The position numbers and the translations under genes were made by a program. The notes under the pieces are model-generated. The model did not search any database. It was not told where the DNA came from and was given only the letters and a program-made list of their open reading frames with translations. A DNA stretch of 64,000 bases. Origin: an uncultured Ruminococcus sp. GTDB lineage: Bacteria; Bacillota; Clostridia; Oscillospirales; Acutalibacteraceae. Shown here piece after piece: positions 50,375 through 58,010 of this stretch. The stretch is taken from assembly GCA_905234535.1 (NCBI GenBank), contig CAJOII010000001.1, positions 5,148 to 69,147 of the forward strand. The letters are read 5' to 3'. Numbering within the stretch: the stretch's first letter is position 1; each line of letters opens with the position of its first letter.

Positions 50375-52123
50375 TCACGGCAGCTGGATGATGAAAGCAA
50401 ATTCGTTTTGCTCCGCTCTGATCTTCCACGGGAGATTGTGGAGATCGAGTACCGACTCGGTGATCTGCAGGCCAAAGCCGGATCCGCCGATATTGCTCTT
50501 CAGGGTATCGCCGCAGGGGTTCTCGATCACAAACGACTTATCGGTGATACGAATACGGATCTCAGAGCCGCTGTCGGCGTATTTGACGGCGTTGTCTACC
50601 AGATTCTCAATCGCGCGCTTGATGAGCTTGCGGTCGGCGCTGATTATCCTGACGCCCCCATCCTTTGTATCGGCGATGAAAGAGATCCTCTTGCCGTCGG
50701 GGAGCGCCTCGTAATTCTTCAGGATATCCCCCGTAAGCTCTGAGAGATCAAACTCGGAGATATCAAGCGTGAGGGTGAGAGAGTCGAGTCTGCTCAGCTC
50801 GAGCACCCTGCCTACGCGGCGGTTGACCTCGCCGGTCTGCTCTATGATGACCTCGGCATAGTGGTCGCGCTTGTCGGACTTTATATTTTCCTTCAGGTTA
50901 TCGGCATAGCCGGAGAGGATGAACAGCGGGGTCTTGATATCATGCGCGAGGGTGCTGAGCATCTCGCGGCGCTTGTGCTCCTCAATCAGCTGGGTCTTCA
51001 TACTCTTCCACATCATCACGGTAAGGATGACGCCGATGATCAGGAAAAACACGAACAGGATGCCCGACGCGGTCAGGATACTCTGCCGGCAGCCGTCCAG
51101 TATATTGAACCGCCTGGCATAGTAGACATCGTTCTCCTCAAGGTCGATGCTGTATACCGGCTCATACTTCTCGTCATCCGCGTTCTCCTCGGGCTCGTCC
51201 ATCAGGTTGATCACACGGGTGAAAACGGGGTTAAAGTCATAGTAGATATACTCGAAGGCGCTCACCGTCAGAAGCCCCGCGTAGTGCTTCTCTGTATCAT
51301 CATCTTTGCTCGTGCTCTGAGCGGCTTGATCTGAGAGCTTCTGCGCGGTCTTCAAAAGATGATCACTGCCGAAGTCGTTCCGGATAAATGCTTCGGGGAG
51401 CACATTGCGCTGCATATCGGAGATCTGGTGGAGCCTGAGCCTCTCGGTTTTCAGGGGGCTCAGCGCAAAGGTCTCGACGACCGTATCCTCGATATACCAG
51501 CGATGCACATCGCGGGTCAGAACGATCTCGAGCGTCTTGGGAATCAGCTCATCACGGCTGCTCTGATAGAACTCGGTACAGAGCAGCTCATAATAATAGA
51601 TCCCCTCCGGCTGATGGTCGAGATAGTACAGGATCCGCTCATACTGCTCATCGGTCATAGAAGCGCGAAACTTCTGAAAGCTCAGATACCCGTAATACTG
51701 CTCGCGGTATTCCATCACCTCGGACTTTGCCGTGAAGAGGATGTTGATGATATCATCGGAGTCATATGTCTCGTTGCCGCTCTCGCTGTGGATCATCAGA
51801 TTGATATCGCGGTCATAGCGATAGGAGATCTCTCCCCCGATGGAGCTGTAAGAGACCTCGTCCCCCGACAGATCGTACTCGCGCCCTCCGATCAGAGCGG
51901 TCTTTCTCGCCTCATCGATATACAGGATCGGGTTCGTAGCGTAAGGCAAGAGGCTTCGCTGCCAGTCAGCGAAGGCGATCTTTGAAGAATGATACTGCTG
52001 TTCTTTCTCTGAGAAGAGCGACACCACGGCGTACGCCGCAGAGAGAATCAGCCATACCGCGAAGAGGATGGCGGATATCCTTATAATCAGTTTTGTGCGT
52101 TGTTTCTTAATCTTCTTTTCCAT
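50375..52123 (-). CDS. Sensor histidine kinase with ~330-aa uncharacterised extracytoplasmic domain
   Basis: 582 aa; two TM segments flank a large unknown domain; H box LAHDIKTPL, N box DNAVKYA, G box GSGFGL. Confidence 0.85.
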   Translation of the reverse strand: MEKKIKKQRTKLIIRISAILFAVWLILSAAYAVVSLFSEKEQQYHSSKIAFADWQRSLLPYATNPILYIDEARKTALIGGREYDLSGDEVSYSSIGGEISYRYDRDINLMIHSESGNETYDSDDIINILFTAKSEVMEYREQYYGYLSFQKFRASMTDEQYERILYYLDHQPEGIYYYELLCTEFYQSSRDELIPKTLEIVLTRDVHRWYIEDTVVETFALSPLKTERLRLHQISDMQRNVLPEAFIRNDFGSDHLLKTAQKLSDQAAQSTSKDDDTEKHYAGLLTVSAFEYIYYDFNPVFTRVINLMDEPEENADDEKYEPVYSIDLEENDVYYARRFNILDGCRQSILTASGILFVFFLIIGVILTVMMWKSMKTQLIEEHKRREMLSTLAHDIKTPLFILSGYADNLKENIKSDKRDHYAEVIIEQTGEVNRRVGRVLELSRLDSLTLTLDISEFDLSELTGDILKNYEALPDGKRISFIADTKDGGVRIISADRKLIKRAIENLVDNAVKYADSGSEIRIRITDKSFVIENPCGDTLKSNIGGSGFGLQITESVLDLHNLPWKIRAEQNEFAFIIQLP

Positions 52124-52136
52124 TACGGTCTCCCGA

Positions 52137-52808
52137 TCATTCGATCTTGTATCCTCTGCGGATCACGGTCTTGATCTGTCTGCTGTTCTCGCCGAGCGCT
52201 TTTCTGAGATTCTTGATATGATTATCAAGCACGCGGTCGTCGATATCGGTATCATACCCCCAGAGCTTAATGAGGATGGTCTCGCGGCTGACGATCGAGC
52301 CCTTCCTCTCAAGCAGGATCTTCAGAATCGCGTACTCTCTCGCGGTGAGCTTGACCTCCTCGTCGCCGGAGAACACCTTGCCGTTGTTCGGGTTCATCCG
52401 GATCGCGCCCGATGAGAGCAGCTCATAGCGCACCAAACCCTTGGAACGCTTCAAGAGCGCCTGCACCTTCTCGTACAGCACAGAGAGCGGAAAGGGCTTT
52501 AAGATATAGTCATCGCATCCGAGCGCGTAGCCCCTGAGCATATCCTCTTCAGCGACCCGCGCGGTCAGGAAGATGATCGGCACATCGCTCTGTCTTCTAA
52601 CCTCTCGGCAGATCTCAAAGCCGTCGAGCTCGGGCAGCATCACATCCAGTATCAGGATATCATAGGCGTTCTCATACGCCATCTCAACGCCCTTCTGACC
52701 GTTTGAAGCGGTCTCTACATGAAGGGCTCCTTTGCTTTTGTCATCAAAATAGTCGCATATCATCTCGCGGATATGCGGGTCGTCCTCGACCAGAAGAACT
52801 CTGTACAT
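52137..52808 (-). CDS. OmpR-family response regulator
   Basis: Start at MYRVLLVEDD (ATG 52808); receiver D in ILILDVMLP; winged-helix C-terminus. Confidence 0.9.
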   Translation of the reverse strand: MYRVLLVEDDPHIREMICDYFDDKSKGALHVETASNGQKGVEMAYENAYDILILDVMLPELDGFEICREVRRQSDVPIIFLTARVAEEDMLRGYALGCDDYILKPFPLSVLYEKVQALLKRSKGLVRYELLSSGAIRMNPNNGKVFSGDEEVKLTAREYAILKILLERKGSIVSRETILIKLWGYDTDIDDRVLDNHIKNLRKALGENSRQIKTVIRRGYKIE

Positions 52809-52838
52809 ACAATCACCCATAATATTTTATCAACTTCG

Positions 52839-52897
52839 TCTGTATTTTATCTGTAGAAACGCTTTTTTATCCGACTTTTCTACAGATAAACTACAGA
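52839..52897. promoter_or_regulatory. Phased hexamer array, candidate response-regulator operator
   Basis: TCTGTA at 52839 and 52850 (11-nt phase) mirrored by TACAGA at 52881 and 52892 (11-nt phase) in the divergent intergenic region. Confidence 0.45.
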
Positions 52898-52929
52898 TTA
52901 CGGTATTATTATAATACAAGGTGACAAAA

Positions 52930-54351
52930 ATGAAAAGAGCAATATGTTTATTATTATCCCTGCTGCTGTCCGCTTTGTGCGCAGGCTGCGGTGCAGTCGG
53001 CTCAGGCTCCAAAGAGGATACCTCGCAGCTGACCTACTACTATACAGAAGAATATCCGGACCTGATGGTCGAGACCATCGAGCGGTATAACCGCTGGTGT
53101 AACTCTCACTCCACCAAGGAGATGAAGATCGAGCTCATAGAGTTCGAGGACTTTCGCACTATGAGCGAGAGGCTCAACATCGAGGTGATGTCGGGCGGCG
53201 GTCCCGATCTGTTCTCAAACTACATGGACCTCCCCTTTGAGAAGCTGATCGAAAACGGCGCGTTCTATGACCTGAATGCGCTGATCGAAAACGACTCTTC
53301 AAAGGATAAACTCAATCTCTCGCTCTATAACCAAACGATCATGGACGCGGGCGTATTTGACGGCAAACGCTACTTCATCCCCACCTTCTACACCGTCGAC
53401 ACCCTGACGGGAGAGAAGAATGTCTTTGAGAAATTCAATATGCCGACGGAGCAGGGGTTTCACCTGACCTTTGAGAATATGAAAGAGGTCTTCTCCGATT
53501 ATCTCAAGGATCCCGACGGCTACCGCTTTATCAGCGAGGATATCTGGAACTCGGGCGTGTCAGCCGATACCGTGGCGCTGAAGCTCATCAGTCTCGGAAT
53601 CGACTTTGAAACTCAGACCGTCAGCTTCGATGACAGCTTTAAAGAAAAGCTCGAGATCTTAAAAATGCTCAGAGCGCAGTCGAAGCTCTCCGAAGAGAAC
53701 ACGGATATCTTTGAGCTGTACAGCGAGGAGCCGTTCCTGTTCAACCAGTTCTACGCCTTCTCAAATCCCATATGGATGGAGCGGATCCAGTCGATCCCCG
53801 AGGAGATCAGCTTAGAGGATCTCTACCTGCCCGACGGCGTGGACTCCGACGACAAGATCAGCGAGCCGGTGCTGTACTCCTGCTTTGAGAAGGATGAAGA
53901 CACCTACTCCGCCGCAGTCTCGGACGCGGTCTTTGTCAACGCGAAGACCGCCAAAACTCAGCAGGCGCTCGAATTCATCAAATACCTTTTAGGGGAACAT
54001 CTTCAGAACCTGTATGCCGGAACCGACGAAGAATACTGGTCCGGCGGCGGATCAGACGCTCTGCCGGTGCTCTCCTCCGCACTTGAATACTGCTTCAGGG
54101 ACGCTCATATCGTCACGGATCTGTACGGCAGCAAGGTAGGCATGAAAGAAGAGCTGAACCCGACGACCAAGGCGCTCACAGAATATATAAAGAAGATCAA
54201 CCATGTTGAGCTGTACAACGATCTGAGCAGATCGAACTACAACAAGAATATCGCCATCCCGATCCTTACGGACTACTGGGACGGCTTGATCGATGTGAAC
54301 AAATGCGCGGACCGTCTGTCGTCCGCTACAAAGATATACTTGATGGAATAA
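52930..54351 (+). CDS. Extracellular solute-binding lipoprotein (family 1, CUT1-type)
   Basis: ATG 52930 behind AAGGTGA; signal peptide with Cys-containing LSALCAGCG; ~470 aa SBP-like. Confidence 0.8.
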   Translation: MKRAICLLLSLLLSALCAGCGAVGSGSKEDTSQLTYYYTEEYPDLMVETIERYNRWCNSHSTKEMKIELIEFEDFRTMSERLNIEVMSGGGPDLFSNYMDLPFEKLIENGAFYDLNALIENDSSKDKLNLSLYNQTIMDAGVFDGKRYFIPTFYTVDTLTGEKNVFEKFNMPTEQGFHLTFENMKEVFSDYLKDPDGYRFISEDIWNSGVSADTVALKLISLGIDFETQTVSFDDSFKEKLEILKMLRAQSKLSEENTDIFELYSEEPFLFNQFYAFSNPIWMERIQSIPEEISLEDLYLPDGVDSDDKISEPVLYSCFEKDEDTYSAAVSDAVFVNAKTAKTQQALEFIKYLLGEHLQNLYAGTDEEYWSGGGSDALPVLSSALEYCFRDAHIVTDLYGSKVGMKEELNPTTKALTEYIKKINHVELYNDLSRSNYNKNIAIPILTDYWDGLIDVNKCADRLSSATKIYLME

Positions 54352-55199
54352 TGATGAAACTGAAATCAAAACAAGCAATCACCGGCATCGCGTTCGCGCT
54401 GCCCGCCTTAGTCGGGGTCTTCGTCTTCTATCTGATCCCGTATTGCATCAGCCTCTACTACGGCTTTACCCTGCAAAATGAATTTGTCGGTCTCGAGAAC
54501 TTCTCGCTGCTAATGAGGTCAAACACCTTCTGGCTCTCGATGAAGAACACGGCGGTGTTCTCGCTGATCGCGATCCCCCTCGCGGTCGCGGTGCCGTTTC
54601 TCATCGCGCTGTTCCTCTCCACCTTTGAGAGGTTCTCGGATTTTTTCTCTTCGCTCTTCCTCTCCCCTCTGATCGTGCCGATCGCGTCGGTCATCTATGT
54701 ATGGCAGATCCTGTTCTCGGACTACGGCATCATCAACGGGATCCTCACGAAGTGCGGCGCTGATCCGGTACAGTTCTTCAAGGGCAAATGGGCGATGGCG
54801 CTGATTATCCTGATCTTCGTCTGGAAGAACTGCGCCTACAACATCATCCTGTTCTCAGCGGGGCTTAAAAAGATGCCGCGGGATGTGATGGAATTCGCCC
54901 GTCTTGACGGCGCGAACCGCCTGCAGGTGATCACGAAGATCGTGCTGCCCCTGCTGCGCCCGACGACCTTCTTCGTCATTCTTCTGACGGTCATCAGCTC
55001 GTTCAAGATCTTCAGAGAGGTGTATCTGCTCTACGGAATGTATCCGGATGAGAATGTCTATATGATCCAGCACTTTATGAACAACAACTTCGCAAATCTC
55101 AACTACCCGCGCCTGAGCGCCGCGTCGATCGTGCTGAGCGTCGTGATTATCGCGGTCATGCTGGTGTTCTTCCTATTCGAGAGGAGGAGCAGCGAATGA
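54351..55199 (+). CDS. ABC transporter permease (MalF-like, CUT1)
   Basis: Start ATG 54351 overlapping SBP stop (TAATG); EFARLDGANRLQ EAA loop. Confidence 0.85.
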   Translation: MMKLKSKQAITGIAFALPALVGVFVFYLIPYCISLYYGFTLQNEFVGLENFSLLMRSNTFWLSMKNTAVFSLIAIPLAVAVPFLIALFLSTFERFSDFFSSLFLSPLIVPIASVIYVWQILFSDYGIINGILTKCGADPVQFFKGKWAMALIILIFVWKNCAYNIILFSAGLKKMPRDVMEFARLDGANRLQVITKIVLPLLRPTTFFVILLTVISSFKIFREVYLLYGMYPDENVYMIQHFMNNNFANLNYPRLSAASIVLSVVIIAVMLVFFLFERRSSE

Positions 55200-56020
55200 A
55201 AAAGCGTATTATCAGTATACTCAAATATCTCCTGCTGATCTTCATCGTGCTGCTGTTTTTGCTGCCGATCATCTATATGCTCGCGAATTCCTTTATGTCC
55301 ACAGAGGAAATCTCAGAGGCGTATACAGCGTCGACCGAGCATTACTTAAGCTTTCATCTGATCCCCGATCGGTTCAGCTTAGAGCAGTATTATCAGGCTT
55401 TTCTCAGGAGACCGCAGTTCTTGAAGCTCTTCTGGAACTCGATCCTGATCACCGTGCCGGTGGTCGCGATACAGACGCTTGTGTCCTCCTTCGCGGCGTT
55501 CGCGTTCACAAAATTCCGTTTCCCGATGCGTGACGCGCTGTTCTTCATCTTCATCATTCTGCTGATCCTGCCGTCGTGGGTGACGATGGTGCCGAACTAC
55601 ATGATGATCCAGCGGCTCTCGCTGCTCGACACCCTATGGTCTTTGATTCTGCCCTCGGCATTCACGGCGTTCGGCGTGTGTCTCTTAAGACAGTATATGC
55701 GCTATATCCCCGATGAAACGATCGAAGCCGCGCGGCTCGACGGCGCCTCCGCGATCGGGATCCTCTTCAAGATCGTGCTGCCGCAGGTCAAGGGCGGTAT
55801 CGCCGCCTTGATGATCCTCTCGTTCATCGACAGCTGGAACATGGTCGAACAGGTGATCGTCTTCATCTCCGACAGGGAGAAATACCCCCTCTCGGTCGCT
55901 TTGAGCGAATATGCCGGGACTGATCCGGGCATTGTCTTCGCCTGCGGGGTGATCTTCATGATCCCGCCGCTGCTGCTCTATCTCTATCACAGCAAAGAAT
56001 TCAAAAACGCGAAAGTGTAA
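55196..56020 (+). CDS. ABC transporter permease (MalG-like, CUT1)
   Basis: 274 aa; EAARLDGASAIG EAA loop; ATGA overlap with upstream gene. Confidence 0.85.
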   Translation: MKKRIISILKYLLLIFIVLLFLLPIIYMLANSFMSTEEISEAYTASTEHYLSFHLIPDRFSLEQYYQAFLRRPQFLKLFWNSILITVPVVAIQTLVSSFAAFAFTKFRFPMRDALFFIFIILLILPSWVTMVPNYMMIQRLSLLDTLWSLILPSAFTAFGVCLLRQYMRYIPDETIEAARLDGASAIGILFKIVLPQVKGGIAALMILSFIDSWNMVEQVIVFISDREKYPLSVALSEYAGTDPGIVFACGVIFMIPPLLLYLYHSKEFKNAKV

Positions 56021-56070
56021 ACCGATCCGGTCTGAAAAAACTTTGACCGACACTTGAAAGGTAATATAAA

Positions 56071-56763
56071 ATGAAGTCAACTATCAAATCTATCATCATC
56101 AGAATATCGATCGCGTTCCTCATCATCGTCGCGCTCCTGACCTACTTCTCGGGCACGATCGACAACTACCTCCTCCCCCATGTCAGCGTGACCTTCGGCG
56201 GAGAAGGCAGTCTCAAATACGATCTTCAAACCGTCTCGGTGTTCGAAGAGAACTCCTCTGACTATGATGACAGCGAGACGCTTTGCTTCCGCTTTGAATG
56301 CGAAAAGGAGCTCGACCACTTTGTACAGATGGGCTCGCTTGTCAGCCTGCAAGCGTCGGTTGAGGTTGCGGAAAATGAATACGCCCTCAGAGAAGGCGCC
56401 GCGGTGATCGTCGAAAAAAGAGAGGCCCAGGACGGCATCGAATGCACCGCCGAGCTCAAGAAGATGGATATAGCGGGCGATGAGAAGATGCCTGCTGTCG
56501 GCGATGAGGTATTAATTGATACCGAATTTGAGAGCCAGCCGTACAGACACATCGTGATGAAGTCAGCGATCCAGAACGGCAGCTTCGTATATCTTGTCAC
56601 CAAGGACGCGGATGAAAAGCGGTATGTGCACGAGGTGCCGGTGACGATTTTGGAGGAGTCCGACTTCTATGCCGCTGTGGAGATGAGCGGCGACTCGCTG
56701 CCGATCGTCTTAAGCTCTACCAAAGAGATCCACGACGGCCAAAGGGTGATCGTCGATGGATAA
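56071..56763 (+). CDS. Membrane-anchored protein, MacA/HlyD-type adaptor-like beta-barrel without coiled-coil hairpin
   Basis: 230 aa; N-terminal TM, C-terminal pattern FVYLV...V.V.....D...V.....L..G..V typical of adaptor barrel domains; weak assignment. Confidence 0.4.
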   Translation: MKSTIKSIIIRISIAFLIIVALLTYFSGTIDNYLLPHVSVTFGGEGSLKYDLQTVSVFEENSSDYDDSETLCFRFECEKELDHFVQMGSLVSLQASVEVAENEYALREGAAVIVEKREAQDGIECTAELKKMDIAGDEKMPAVGDEVLIDTEFESQPYRHIVMKSAIQNGSFVYLVTKDADEKRYVHEVPVTILEESDFYAAVEMSGDSLPIVLSSTKEIHDGQRVIVDG

Positions 56764-57976
56764 GCGAAAGAATCATAACGCTTCGCTGTGGGTACTGTGT
56801 ATCGTCTTTCTGCTGCTGACGGCGCTATTCTACCTTGTCACGGTCCCGATCTCAGACAAGATCCCGAGGGTCATACAGTACAGCCGCAGCCGTCTTTCTG
56901 AAGGGATCACCTTTCAGACCTATGAGAAGATCTCTGACGACGCCTACAAAAAGAAGCTTGCGGTCTGTCGGGAGTTCGATGCTGTCGCGGCAGATCGTCT
57001 TGAAGAGGTAAAGCCGGTGCTTATTAACGAGAGGTTCTTCGAGGTACACGGCATCTATGTCGGCGGCTCTGCGATCACCGCGGATCATATCGAGAACAAG
57101 ATCCCCGCAATCGTCATCAGCGATCGGGCTGCGGATAGGATGAGTCTCGACGGAAATATGATCGGTCAGACTGTATCCCTCTTCGGCAGAGACTTCACGG
57201 TGGTCGGGATATATCAGAAATCAGGCGGGATTCTCGATGAGCTGTCTTCGGATATCTATGAGCGCGTATACATCCCCTATACAACGGTCGAAGGTTACGA
57301 AGAGCTTTCGATCGACACTTTCTCCGCATCAGAAGGCTCTCTCTCAGAGGAGGCGCTCACGATGCTCGGGCTGACCGAGAGCGACCCCTCCTTCTACCTG
57401 AAGAACGACCTCAAATCAAAACACGATATCACGGAGAATCTGTGGCAACTGTTCCTCTCGGTCATCTCTCTCGTCATCGCGGTCGTCTGTCTTGTCCATT
57501 TGGTCAGGCTCTCAAGAGATACCGCCAAGAAGCTCAGGACCGAATATGAGGACAAATCGGTCAAAGAGATTATCCTCGGCAACAAGGGGTACCTCCTTGT
57601 CAGGCTCTTGTGCGCCATACTGCTGATCGGGATCCCGGTGACGATGATCCTCTTCTTCCCTTTGAAGATCGTCATTGAGCAAAAATATGTCCCGTATGAT
57701 AACATCTTCGATATCTCACACTATTTTGAAGTGTTAAAAACGCAGATCAGACTCAACAACACGCACCTTGCTGTCGGGGATCTCTCCTATCAGAATCTCT
57801 TTTTGATCTCCTTCATCTCAGGGGTGGTACTGCTTCTGATACTCAGCGTACTGCTGATCGTCATCGCGGTATATATCTGTAAAAGGGCGCCGTATCGCCT
57901 ACCCGACAGAACACACACCGATACTGACGAAGCCTCAGCAAAGCCCTCACCTGTTCAGTTGACAGATCAAGGATAA
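56756..57976 (+). CDS. FtsX/MacB-like ABC permease (divergent), no cognate ATPase nearby
   Basis: 406 aa; TM1, ~190-aa extracytoplasmic MacB-PCD-like domain (AIVISDRAADRM...IGQTVSLFGRDFTVVGIY...VYIPYTT), three C-terminal TM. Confidence 0.55.
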   Translation: MDKRKNHNASLWVLCIVFLLLTALFYLVTVPISDKIPRVIQYSRSRLSEGITFQTYEKISDDAYKKKLAVCREFDAVAADRLEEVKPVLINERFFEVHGIYVGGSAITADHIENKIPAIVISDRAADRMSLDGNMIGQTVSLFGRDFTVVGIYQKSGGILDELSSDIYERVYIPYTTVEGYEELSIDTFSASEGSLSEEALTMLGLTESDPSFYLKNDLKSKHDITENLWQLFLSVISLVIAVVCLVHLVRLSRDTAKKLRTEYEDKSVKEIILGNKGYLLVRLLCAILLIGIPVTMILFFPLKIVIEQKYVPYDNIFDISHYFEVLKTQIRLNNTHLAVGDLSYQNLFLISFISGVVLLLILSVLLIVIAVYICKRAPYRLPDRTHTDTDEASAKPSPVQLTDQG

Positions 57977-58010
57977 AGAATTATTTTAATCAAAAAAATG
58001 AGGTAATAAC

